Assembly (NCBI GenBank): GCA_964481035.1
Contig: CAYZSE010000004.1
Coordinates: forward strand, 1 to 51,297
DNA: 51,297 nt
DNA from: an uncultured Geminicoccaceae bacterium
GTDB taxonomy: Bacteria > Pseudomonadota > Alphaproteobacteria > Geminicoccales > Geminicoccaceae
Direction of reading: 5' to 3'
The notes under the pieces: model-generated
Seen by the model: the letters and a program-made list of their open reading frames with translations, nothing else
Databases searched by the model: none
What the model was told of the DNA's origin: nothing
Translations under genes and position numbers: made by a program
Shown here: positions 26,448-35,049 of the stretch, in pieces
How the letters are laid out: the number at the start of each line of letters is the position of its first letter
Position numbering within the stretch: the first letter of the stretch is position 1

Positions 26448-28973
26448 TCACGAATTTCGGCGCCAGTCCAGCCACGCCGGCAGGGCGATGAGGGTCGCCG
26501 CGAGGTTGGCGAGCATCGCCACGGTCAACAGCAGGCCCATGCTCGCGGTGCCGGCGTGCGGCGAGAGCATCAAGGTGCCGAAGGACGCCAGCGTGGTGAG
26601 CGCGCTCAAGAGGATCGCCCGCGGCGTGCTGGTCGCGCCGATGAGGGCGAGGTCGTGGGTCTCCCGGCGCCGCATGACCACGTGGATGGCGGCATCGACG
26701 CCGAAGCCCAGCAACAACGGCAGGACGATGACGTTGGCGAAGTTGAACGGCAGGTCGAGCAGCGCCATGACCCCGAGCGTCAGGCTGGCGGCGAGCAGGA
26801 CGGCCATGAGCACGGCGACCACGTCGCCGGCCCGGCGCAGGGCGAGTGCCACGAGCAGCCCGACGCCGACGCAGGCGAGCGCCGTCGCCTGGAGCATCGC
26901 CCGCGCCACGAGATCCGCGGCTTTCGTCATCTGGACGACGTTGCCGGCGGCGTCCGGAGCGACGGCGAGGACCGCATCGGCGAACACGCGGCGCTCGGCC
27001 GGATCCTCGACCGGTTCCGCCGGCAGGATCTCCAGCCGTTGCCGTCCGTCGGCGGCGACGTAGCGGTCGCGCAGCGCCGCCGGCAGGTCCTTCGCGTCGA
27101 TCGGCCCGGCGGCGAGCCAGGCGCCCAGCCGGTCCAGCGCCCGCGGCCAGTAGCGGAACCAGGCATCCTGCAAGTCGGCGGCGAAGTCGGGCTGCGCGCG
27201 CACCCGCTCGGCGAGCGCGGCTGCGGCCTCGCGCAGCTCGGGCTCGAGGGCGGCGCCGGCCAGGCGCTCGAGCGCGGCCGCCAGCTCCGCGGCGACCGCC
27301 GGCGGAGCCGGCCGCGGCTCGGGCACGTCGAGAAAGAAACGCGCGTCGTCGAGGAGCGCGAGCTTGGGCTCCTGGTCGTCGGGCACGAAGCGGTCGATCC
27401 CGACGACGCGGCCGACCTCGGGGACGGCCTCGAGGCGCGCCGTCGCGGCACGGGCCGCGGCGGCATCGGCGACGAGCAGCTCGGCGTGGTACGGGCTGAG
27501 GTCGGGCTCGGCCAGCAGCGCGCGAAAGGCCGTCACCGAGGGGGCATCGGCCTGCTTGAGGGCGAGCGGGTCGCCGTCGAAGCGAACATCCGCCGCGAGC
27601 GGTAGGAGGGCGAGGCCGGCGAGCGCCAAGGCGAGCGCCACGGCGCGGGTCAGGCGGCGCGGCGGCGTCGGCAGGCTCGCGGCGACGAGCTCTCGCGGCC
27701 GGGCGAGGAGCAGGAGAAGGTCGGGAAGGAGCATGAGCGACAGCACGAGCGCGATGATCATGCCCGCGGCGGCGATGAAGCCGAGCTGGGCGAGGCCGAC
27801 ATAGCCGGTTGGCGTGAAGCTCAAGAAGGCGAGCGCGGTGGTCGGCGCGCACAACAGGAGCGGCGGCCCGGCGCCCGCGGCGCCGGCGACGATCGCTTCC
27901 GGCCAGGCCCGGGTTCGGGCCAGCTCCTCTCGCGCCCGGAGGGCCACGTGGATCGCGAAGTCGACGCCGAGCCCGACGAACAGCACCGCGAAGGCGATCG
28001 AGATCATGGTGAAGCTGCCGACCGTCGCCATGGCGAAGGCGCCGGTGAGGATCAGCCCGGCGGCGAGGGTGAGGATCACCGCGGCGACGCCGCCTGCGGT
28101 CTGGAGCCCGAACGTCAAGACGAAGGCCACGAGGACGAACGACACCGCACCGGCCAGCGTCGCGCCGCGGCTCGCCGCCTCGAGCTCCTCGGCGGCGAGT
28201 GCCACCTTGCCGGTGAGCGCGACGCCGACGCCGGGATGGGCGCTCTCGGTCTTCGCGGCGAGCTGCCTGACCTCGTCCAGCGCCGTTCCGGCGGGCCGCA
28301 GCCGCGTGAAGTCGAGGACGGGCCGCACGTCCGCGAGCAGAGGTCGCGTAGCGGTCGCCGCATCGGTGAGCTGAAGCCAGGCGATGGGCTCGGCGACGCC
28401 CGCGGCGGCGGCGGCGAGGACCGGCCGGAGCGTCGTCAGCGCCGCGGTGAACGCGGGCGTGCGCTCGTCGCGCTCGAGCCCCTCGGCGAGCAGGTCGACG
28501 AGGGTCTCCGGCCGCGCGTCGGCGGCGAGCCGGGCGAGAAAGGGCTGCGCGCCGGCGAGCCGGTCGAGTCGCGCCTCGAGCTCCTCGGGCTCGCCGTAGA
28601 GCAGGGCGTGGCGGCTGAAAAAGGGCATCGCTGCGGGCGCGAAGACTTCCCGCGCGACGTCGGGACGCTCCTCCAGCCGCGTCATCAGCTCGGCGATGGC
28701 TGCCAGCCGCGCGTCCAGGCTTCCGCCCTGGACGACGACGACGATGCTGTCGTCGCGGCTCGGGAAGGCTTCCTGGATGGCCCGCTGGCGCTCGCGGAAG
28801 GGGGTGTCAGGGGCGATGAGGTCGTCGAGGTTGGTGTCGACGGCGACGTTGTCGACGAGGTAGACGGCGGCCGCGACGACGGCGAGGAGGGTGAGCGCCG
28901 CGATCGCGCGCGGCGCGCGCAGCACGAGCGTGACGAAGCGCGCCAACCAGAGCTGGAGTGAAGACGTGGCCAA
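26448..28973 (-). CDS. hpnN: Hopanoid transporter HpnN (RND/MMPL family)
   Basis: Two blocks of about 6 TM helices are separated by large periplasmic loops, the usual MMPL/RND architecture. The gene lies next to hpnH. Start is uncertain: TTG at 28973 (AGGA upstream), TTG at 28946, or the track start at 29216. Confidence 0.8.
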   Translation of the reverse strand: MATSSLQLWLARFVTLVLRAPRAIAALTLLAVVAAAVYLVDNVAVDTNLDDLIAPDTPFRERQRAIQEAFPSRDDSIVVVVQGGSLDARLAAIAELMTRLEERPDVAREVFAPAAMPFFSRHALLYGEPEELEARLDRLAGAQPFLARLAADARPETLVDLLAEGLERDERTPAFTAALTTLRPVLAAAAAGVAEPIAWLQLTDAATATRPLLADVRPVLDFTRLRPAGTALDEVRQLAAKTESAHPGVGVALTGKVALAAEELEAASRGATLAGAVSFVLVAFVLTFGLQTAGGVAAVILTLAAGLILTGAFAMATVGSFTMISIAFAVLFVGLGVDFAIHVALRAREELARTRAWPEAIVAGAAGAGPPLLLCAPTTALAFLSFTPTGYVGLAQLGFIAAAGMIIALVLSLMLLPDLLLLLARPRELVAASLPTPPRRLTRAVALALALAGLALLPLAADVRFDGDPLALKQADAPSVTAFRALLAEPDLSPYHAELLVADAAAARAATARLEAVPEVGRVVGIDRFVPDDQEPKLALLDDARFFLDVPEPRPAPPAVAAELAAALERLAGAALEPELREAAAALAERVRAQPDFAADLQDAWFRYWPRALDRLGAWLAAGPIDAKDLPAALRDRYVAADGRQRLEILPAEPVEDPAERRVFADAVLAVAPDAAGNVVQMTKAADLVARAMLQATALACVGVGLLVALALRRAGDVVAVLMAVLLAASLTLGVMALLDLPFNFANVIVLPLLLGFGVDAAIHVVMRRRETHDLALIGATSTPRAILLSALTTLASFGTLMLSPHAGTASMGLLLTVAMLANLAATLIALPAWLDWRRNS

Positions 28974-29610
28974 GGGTTCCTGCGTTCGCCAATCGGCACG
29001 GCCCGGCGCCGCCGGCGGGTTATCCCTGCCGCGGCGGCGGGTTGTCCAGGCCGCGATCGTTCTCATGGCAAGGCCGCTGCGGGCGCAGGAAGAGGTCGCC
29101 GCGCCCGTCGAACGATTGCAGGCGGCGCTCCTGACCGCGCCGCCGGGCGAATCCTTTGCCGAAAGGCGCCGCCGGCTCGAGCCGATCGTCGCCGCAGCGT
29201 TCGACTTTCGGACCATGAGCCGCGTCGCCGTCGGCAGCGCCTGGGCCGGGTTCGACGAGAGCGAGCGCGCGGCGCTCGTCGACGCTTTCGCCGCCTACGC
29301 CGCCGCCAACTACGCCGCTCGCTTCGACGCGCCCGGCCAGCTTCGCTTCGAGCAGGTCGGCACGCGGCCGGGCGAGGGCGCGCGGACCTGGGTCGAGACC
29401 CGGTTGATACGACCGGCCGACGAGCCGGTGCGCTTCGACTACCTCGTGCAGGCGAACGACGACGGGCCCGCGATCGTCAACGTCGTCGTCGACGGCACGC
29501 TCAACGAGCTCGCCCGCCGCCGGGCCGAGTTCCGGGCCCTGCTCGACGCCGGCGGGCTCGACCATCTGCTCGCCACCCTCGCCCGCGAGGCGGACGCGGC
29601 AGATGAATGA
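28966..29610 (+). CDS. hpnM: Hopanoid-associated MlaC/Ttg2D-family lipid-binding protein (HpnM-like)
   Basis: Contains FDFRTMSRVAVGSAW..F......LVDAF..Y.AANYAARFD and VNVVVDG....ELARRRAEF, typical of toluene-tolerance Ttg2D/MlaC. GTG at 28966 gives a Tat-like leader (LPRRRVVQAAIVLMARPLRA-QEE). ATG at 29065 would lack a signal peptide. Confidence 0.7.
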   Translation: MAKGSCVRQSARPGAAGGLSLPRRRVVQAAIVLMARPLRAQEEVAAPVERLQAALLTAPPGESFAERRRRLEPIVAAAFDFRTMSRVAVGSAWAGFDESERAALVDAFAAYAAANYAARFDAPGQLRFEQVGTRPGEGARTWVETRLIRPADEPVRFDYLVQANDDGPAIVNVVVDGTLNELARRRAEFRALLDAGGLDHLLATLAREADAADE

Positions 29611-30679
29611 GGCCGGCTTCAAGCACCCCTTGTGCGGTGCCACCTTGCCGGCGCTCTGGGGCCTCGTGCGGCGGGCGCCGCGCGTGCCCCGGCGGGCTTG
29701 GCCCTGGCTCGCCTACTTTGCCTTGTGCGGGCTCGCCCGCGCCCCGGTGACGCTCGCCGAGACGGCGCTGCTGGCGGCCCGCTCGCGGGCGACGCGCGCG
29801 CCTCTGTTCATCGTCGGCCACTGGCGCAGCGGGACGACGCATCTGGTCAACCTCCTCGCCGCCGCCGGGCGCTTCAACCTGCCCACGCCGGTGTCGGTCG
29901 GCCTGCCGGCCGAGTGGCTGATGCTCGGCCGGCCGCTCGAGCCGTGGCTCGCCCGCCTCATCCCCGAGGGCCGCTGGATCGACGCGGTCAAGGTCGACCG
30001 CGCGGCGCCGCAGGAGGACGAGATCGCCTTGGCCAATCTCGGCGCGCCCTCCTTCTACGAGGCCTATTACCTGCCCGGCGACTTCCGCCGCCGGCTGCGC
30101 GAGCTCTTGTTCCTCGGCGAGGCCGGGCTGCGGGCCTGGCTGGACCGCGCCGAGGCCTACTACGCCCGGCTCGAGCGGACGCGGCCCGACGCCCGGTTGG
30201 TCATCAAGAACCCGGTCTACACCGCGCGTGTCGCCGCGCTCGTCGAGCGCTGGCCCGAGGCGCGCTTCGTCCACTGCGTGCGTGACCCGTACGCGGTGTT
30301 CGGCTCGACCTTGCGCTTTCACCGCGAGCTCGGGGCGGCGCTCGGCCTCGCGCCGTTCGACGAGGCGGAGATCGAAGCCGCGGTCATCGAGACCTACGCG
30401 ACGATGATGGCGCGCTTCGAGGCCGACCGGACGCGCCTCGCGCCGGGCAGGCTCGTCGATGTCCGCTACGAGGAGCTCGCAGCCGACCCGCTCGCCGTCG
30501 TCGAGCGCCTCTACGCCCTGCTCGAGCTCGGCGAGTTCGCGGCCGACCGGCCGGCGATCGCCGCCCATGTCGCCAGCGTCGCGGGCTATCGCGCCGGCCG
30601 CTACCGCCTCGACGAGGCGACCCGCGCTCGCCTCGACGCCGCCTGGCAGCCCTTCATCGCCAAGTGGGCGGTCGGGTGA
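29603..30679 (+). CDS. Sulfotransferase family protein (Sulfotransfer_3-like) with N-terminal hydrophobic anchor
   Basis: 5'-PSB-like motif FIVGHWRSGTTHLVNLL. VIKNPVYT....L...WPEARFVHCVRDPYAVFGS resembles the 3'-PB region. N-terminal segment WPWLAYFALCGLARAPVTLAETALLAA is hydrophobic. The ATG overlaps the end of hpnM (ATGAATGA). Confidence 0.75.
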   Translation: MNEAGFKHPLCGATLPALWGLVRRAPRVPRRAWPWLAYFALCGLARAPVTLAETALLAARSRATRAPLFIVGHWRSGTTHLVNLLAAAGRFNLPTPVSVGLPAEWLMLGRPLEPWLARLIPEGRWIDAVKVDRAAPQEDEIALANLGAPSFYEAYYLPGDFRRRLRELLFLGEAGLRAWLDRAEAYYARLERTRPDARLVIKNPVYTARVAALVERWPEARFVHCVRDPYAVFGSTLRFHRELGAALGLAPFDEAEIEAAVIETYATMMARFEADRTRLAPGRLVDVRYEELAADPLAVVERLYALLELGEFAADRPAIAAHVASVAGYRAGRYRLDEATRARLDAAWQPFIAKWAVG

Positions 30680-31419
30680 GCAAAACGCGGCTCGACCAGC
30701 TCATGGTCGAGCGCGGCTTGGCGCCTTCCCGCAGCCGCGCCCAGGCCATGGTCCTCGCCGGCGAGGTCTTCACCGGCGAGCGCCGGCTGGACAAGCCCGG
30801 CACGCCCGTCGACGCGACGCTCGCCCTCGAGGTGCGCGCGCGGACGGGTGCGTGGGTCTCCCGTGGCGCCCACAAGCTCGTCGCCGGCCTCGCTCATTTC
30901 GGCATCGAGGCGGGCGGGTCGATCGCGCTCGACATCGGCGCGTCGACGGGCGGCTTCACCGACGTGCTGCTCGCTCGTGGGGCTTCGAAGGTCTACGCGG
31001 TGGACGTCGGCTGGGGGCAGCTTCATCAAAGGCTCCGCGTCGACCCGCGCGTGATCGTGCTCGAGCGCACCAATGCGCGCTTCTTGAGCGCCGCCGAGTT
31101 TCCCGATCCGCCCACGCTCCTGGTCTGCGACGCGAGCTTCATCTCGCTCACCCGGGTCCTGCCGGCGGCGCTCCGGCTCGCCGCCCCCGAGGCCCGCCTG
31201 GTCGCTCTGATCAAACCGCAGTTCGAGGTCGGCCGGGGCGAGGTGGGCAAGGGCGGCGTCGTCCGCGATCCGGCCCTGCACGAGGCCGTGTGCGCCCGGA
31301 TCCAAGCTTGGCTCGCCGGGGAGATGGGCTGGGCGGTGCTCGGCACCGTCCCGAGCCCGCTCACCGGGCCCAAGGGCAACCGCGAGTTTCTCATCGCAGC
31401 GCAGCGCCCCGGGGACTGA
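30676..31419 (+). CDS. tlyA: TlyA-family 16S/23S rRNA (cytidine-2'-O)-methyltransferase
   Basis: S4-like N-terminus RLDQLMVERGLAPSRSRAQAMV. SAM motif ALDIGASTGGFTDVLL. C-terminus SPLTGPKGNREFL. GTG overlaps the upstream stop (GTGA). Confidence 0.88.
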   Translation: MSKTRLDQLMVERGLAPSRSRAQAMVLAGEVFTGERRLDKPGTPVDATLALEVRARTGAWVSRGAHKLVAGLAHFGIEAGGSIALDIGASTGGFTDVLLARGASKVYAVDVGWGQLHQRLRVDPRVIVLERTNARFLSAAEFPDPPTLLVCDASFISLTRVLPAALRLAAPEARLVALIKPQFEVGRGEVGKGGVVRDPALHEAVCARIQAWLAGEMGWAVLGTVPSPLTGPKGNREFLIAAQRPGD

Positions 31420-31422
31420 GCT

Positions 31423-32577
31423 TCAGGCGCCGGCGCGCAGCCGGGCGAAGCCGGCCTCGAGGTCGGCCTTCAAGTCGCGGGGATCTTCGAGGCCGACATG
31501 AATGCGCAGGGCGGGGCCTGCGGCGTCCCATGGGCTCGCCGTGCGCTTCGGCCATGTCGGGATGAGCAGGCTCTCGTAGCCGCCCCAGCTGTAGCCCATG
31601 CCGAACAGCGCCATGCCGTCGAGCATGGCTTCGAGCGCCGTTTCCGAGCAGGGGTGGAGGGTGAAGCCGAAGAGCCCGGAGCTGCCCTTGAAGTCGCGTG
31701 CGAACACCTCGTGACCGGGGCAGCTGGGCAAGGCGGGGTGCAGCACCGACGCCACCTCGGGCCGCTGCTCGAGCCAAGCGGCGATCTCCAGCGCCGCCGC
31801 CTCGTGCTGCTTGAGCCGCACGCCCATGGTCCGCAGCCCGCGCAAGGCGAGCCAGCAGTCGTCGGGGCCCGCGGGGGCGCCGAGGTCGCGGCTGCCGGCT
31901 TCGATCGCCCGGCCCACTTCGCCCTGCCAGGTGATGAGCCCCAGCATCGCGTCCGAGTGACCGACGACGTACTTGGTGCCGGCGTGGATCGTCACGTCGA
32001 CCCCGTGGTCGTAAGGACGAAAGAACAGCGGCGTCGCCCAGGTGTTGTCCAGGACGGTGACCGCGCCGTGGCGGCGGGCGATCCTGGCGATCGCCGGCAC
32101 GTCCTGCACCTCGAAGGTCTGCGAGCCCGGGCTCTCGAGGAAGACGAGCCGCGTCTTCGGGCGCAACAGCCCTTCGATGTCGGCGCCGATCATCGGCGCG
32201 AAATACGTCGTCTCGACGCCGAAGCGGGCGAGCACGCGGTCGCAATATTGCCGGCTCGGGGCGTAAACGTTGTCGGTGACGAGGATATGGTCGCCGGTCT
32301 CGACCAGGGCCGTGAGGGCGACGGCGATCGCCGCCTTGCCGCTGGCGGCGACAACGCAACCCGCGGCGCCCTCCAGCTCGGCGAAGGCGTCCTGGAGCGC
32401 GAAGGTCGTGGGCGTGCCGGCGCGCCCGTAGCTCAACCGAGACGAGCCGTGGCGCGCCTTCAGCGCCGCGACGGTGGGGAAAAGGACCGTCGAGCCGCGG
32501 TGCACCGCCGGATTGACGAGGTGCGGCTCGTCCGCGTGGCTCCGGCCGCCGGTGACGAGGCGGGTCGCGTCGCGCAT
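31423..32577 (-). CDS. metC: Cystathionine beta-lyase (PLP-dependent Cys/Met metabolism family)
   Basis: PLP-lysine region IHAGTKYVVGHSDAM. C-terminal GYSWGGYESL. N-terminus TRLVTGGR. The beta-lyase assignment within the family is based on overall resemblance. Confidence 0.8.
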   Translation of the reverse strand: MRDATRLVTGGRSHADEPHLVNPAVHRGSTVLFPTVAALKARHGSSRLSYGRAGTPTTFALQDAFAELEGAAGCVVAASGKAAIAVALTALVETGDHILVTDNVYAPSRQYCDRVLARFGVETTYFAPMIGADIEGLLRPKTRLVFLESPGSQTFEVQDVPAIARIARRHGAVTVLDNTWATPLFFRPYDHGVDVTIHAGTKYVVGHSDAMLGLITWQGEVGRAIEAGSRDLGAPAGPDDCWLALRGLRTMGVRLKQHEAAALEIAAWLEQRPEVASVLHPALPSCPGHEVFARDFKGSSGLFGFTLHPCSETALEAMLDGMALFGMGYSWGGYESLLIPTWPKRTASPWDAAGPALRIHVGLEDPRDLKADLEAGFARLRAGA

Positions 32578-32697
32578 TCATGTCTCCTTGCCCGGTCCGA
32601 GCGAGCTTGCGCGCCGAACAGACGCCGCCTGGACGCTTGCGCATTGTCCCCGGTCTTTGCAAGAGAGCGCATGCCCGCAGGAGGTTGGATCTCGGCA

Positions 32698-33720
32698 ATG
32701 GCGAAATGGTGCGCGGCCACGGCCCTGATCCTCGCGTTCTGCTCGGCGTTCGCGGCCGAAGCCGGCGCTTCCACCTTGGTTGTCGTGCGCGAGCGCGGCA
32801 TGCTCGACTGCGGGGTGAGCGCCGAGCCCGTCCCGGGCTTCGCGGTGCGCGACGCGGACGGGTCATGGCGCGGGTTCGATATCGACTACTGCCGCGCGAT
32901 CGCCACGGCCGTGCTCGCCGACGCGGCCGCGGTGCGCTTCGTGGCGCTCGGGGAAGCGGAGCGGTTCGACGCTTTGCGCGATGGCCGTGCGGACGTCGTG
33001 GCGGGCGCCGCCGGCTGGACGCTCGGGCGTGATCTCGGCACCGGGCTCGACTTCGTCGCCGTCAGCTTCTTCGACGGCCAAGGCTTCATGGTCCCGGCGG
33101 CGGTCGGCGTCCGGAGCGCCTTCGAGCTCGACGGGACACGGGTGTGCGTTCTCCAGGCGACCACGACCGCGCGCAACCTCGCGGCGTTCTTCGCGGCCAA
33201 CAGCATGCAACTCGAGACCGTGGCTTTCTCGAGCAGCGAGCCGATGATGGATGCCTATCTGCGCGGTACGTGCGACGCCGTGACCGGCGATCTTTCCTGG
33301 CTTGCGGCGGAACGAGCGCGCTTCGGTGGCCAGGCCGACCACGTGCTGCTGCCCAATATCGTCGCCAAGGTGCCGCGCGGGCCCGTCGTGCGCGAGGGTG
33401 ATGCCGCGTGGGCCGACGTCGTGCGGTGGACCCACTTCGCGCTCCTGGCCGCCGAGGAGGTTGGCGTAGACGCGGCGGCCGCCAACGCGATCGACCCGAA
33501 CGAGCGGCCCGCGCCGCCGGAGCTGCGCGGCATCGACGCCGCGGTCGGGGAGATCGCTCTGTTACGGCCAGGCTGGGCGCTCGAGGTCATCGGCCAGGTC
33601 GGGAACTACGGCGAGATCTTCGCGCGCCATCTCGGTCCGCGGACGCCGCTGAACCTGGAGCGCGGCATGAACGCGCTGTGGCTGCACGGCGGCCTGCACT
33701 ACGCGATGCCCTTCCGGTGA
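32698..33720 (+). CDS. aapJ: General L-amino-acid ABC transporter substrate-binding protein (AapJ/BztA family)
   Basis: Signal peptide MAKWCAATALILAFCSAFAAEAGA. Family-typical blocks: GFDIDYCRAIA, WTLGRD, FFDGQGFMV, VVREGDAAW.DVVRW, VGNYGEIF.RHLGP.TPL.LERG.NALW..GGL.YA.PFR. ATG at 32671 is an alternative start. Confidence 0.85.
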   Translation: MAKWCAATALILAFCSAFAAEAGASTLVVVRERGMLDCGVSAEPVPGFAVRDADGSWRGFDIDYCRAIATAVLADAAAVRFVALGEAERFDALRDGRADVVAGAAGWTLGRDLGTGLDFVAVSFFDGQGFMVPAAVGVRSAFELDGTRVCVLQATTTARNLAAFFAANSMQLETVAFSSSEPMMDAYLRGTCDAVTGDLSWLAAERARFGGQADHVLLPNIVAKVPRGPVVREGDAAWADVVRWTHFALLAAEEVGVDAAAANAIDPNERPAPPELRGIDAAVGEIALLRPGWALEVIGQVGNYGEIFARHLGPRTPLNLERGMNALWLHGGLHYAMPFR

Positions 33721-33765
33721 GCCGAAGCGACGGGCATTGAGCGGGTGGGCCGGAAAGGAACGGTG

Positions 33766-34521
33766 ATGACGGCCGCGGGTGACGGCGAGATCGGCATCTC
33801 GATGCGCGACGTGCACAAGTGGTTCGGCCAGTTTCACGTTCTCAAGGGAATCGATCTCGAGGTGCGCCGGGGCCAGCGGTTCGTCGTCTGCGGCCCGTCC
33901 GGCTCGGGGAAGTCGACGCTGATCCGCTGCATCAACCGGCTCGAGGAGCACCAGCGCGGGCGCATCGTCGTCGACGGGATCGAGCTGACCCGAGACGTGC
34001 GCAACATCGACGCCGTGCGGCGCGAGGTCGGGATGGTCTTCCAGCACTTCAACCTGTTTCCGCACCTGACCGTGCTCGACAACCTCACGCTCGCGCCGAT
34101 CCACGTCCGCGGCCAGTCCCGAGCCGAGGCGGAGGGGCTGGCCCGCCATTTCCTCGAGCGGGTCCGCATCCCCGAGCAGGCCGCCAAGTATCCGGGCCAG
34201 CTCTCGGGCGGTCAGCAGCAGCGCGTCGCCATCGCCCGCGCGCTCTGCATGCGCCCCAAGATCATGCTGTTCGACGAGCCCACCTCCGCCCTCGACCCCG
34301 AGATGATCAAGGAGGTTCTCGACACCATGATCGCGCTCGCCGAGGAGGGCATGACCATGATCGTCGTCACCCACGAGATGGGCTTCGCCAAGGCCGTCGC
34401 CGACGAGGTCGTCTTCATGGATGAGGGCGAGATCGTCGAGATGGCGCCGCCGGCCGAATTCTTCACCCGGCCGCGCAACGAGCGCACGCGGCTGTTCCTC
34501 GACCGCATCTTGTCGCACTGA
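33766..34521 (+). CDS. Polar amino-acid ABC transporter ATP-binding protein (GlnQ/AapP type)
   Basis: Walker [10 protein letters not shown], signature [15 protein letters not shown], Walker [15 protein letters not shown]-loop VVTHEM. ATG at 33766 has AAGGAA upstream. Confidence 0.92.
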   Translation: MTAAGDGEIGISMRDVHKWFGQFHVLKGIDLEVRRGQRFVVCGPSGSGKSTLIRCINRLEEHQRGRIVVDGIELTRDVRNIDAVRREVGMVFQHFNLFPHLTVLDNLTLAPIHVRGQSRAEAEGLARHFLERVRIPEQAAKYPGQLSGGQQQRVAIARALCMRPKIMLFDEPTSALDPEMIKEVLDTMIALAEEGMTMIVVTHEMGFAKAVADEVVFMDEGEIVEMAPPAEFFTRPRNERTRLFLDRILSH

Positions 34522-34617
34522 GCGTTCCTGGTGAGGGCCGCTCGTCTGTCAGGCTTTCCCGGCGGCCACCACCCCGACGGGGCGGGCTCAACGCATGGGT
34601 GCGGGGCGGGCGCGGCG

Positions 34618-35049
34618 TCAGGACCGCGGGCGGCGGGGCGGTATTGCGGGGGCGTCGCCCGTAGCCGCCGGCCGCGCGTTCGACCCGCCCGTCGTCGGTG
34701 CCCGCCGCGGCCACGAGACGGTGACGACGACGCCACGACAGGCCGGGCGCGGCTCGGCGAGGATCACGGGCGGCATCGCGTGCGCATCGTCGTTGGCCGG
34801 CAGGACGATCAGCGGTGTGGCCCCCCTGAACGACGCCGCGCGGGGCGACGTCGTCGGGCGCGTTGCCGCGAACATCTCGGTGGCGCGCCGCCGCGTCGCT
34901 GGCACCGTCGCGGCGAGTCGCGGCGGGGTGAACGATTCCGCGGGAGAGGCTGCGTCCCGCGCCGTGATGACGACGATACCGGCGGCGACATGAAGCAGGT
35001 AACGAGCAGAGCCGGTAGTCGGGCGGGACGTCGGGCTAGCTTCGGACAT
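34618..35049 (-). CDS. Hypothetical protein (143 aa); coding status uncertain
   Basis: ATG at 35049 has GGAG 6 nt upstream and GC3 is high. However, ORF 34595..34993(+) shares the same third-codon positions and could equally be the real frame. The composition (Pro/Thr/Arg/Ala-rich) is atypical and no family is recognised. Confidence 0.3.
   Translation of the reverse strand: MSEASPTSRPTTGSARYLLHVAAGIVVITARDAASPAESFTPPRLAATVPATRRRATEMFAATRPTTSPRAASFRGATPLIVLPANDDAHAMPPVILAEPRPACRGVVVTVSWPRRAPTTGGSNARPAATGDAPAIPPRRPRS

Noticed and set aside
26368-27852. N-terminal extension of the hpnH ORF (track 25225..27852) and the long extension of the M17 peptidase ORF (43697..47314)
   Set aside because: Both extensions run through neighbouring real genes (hpnN and valS) in a different frame. 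The true starts are supported by an RBS or a stop-start overlap and by where family similarity begins.
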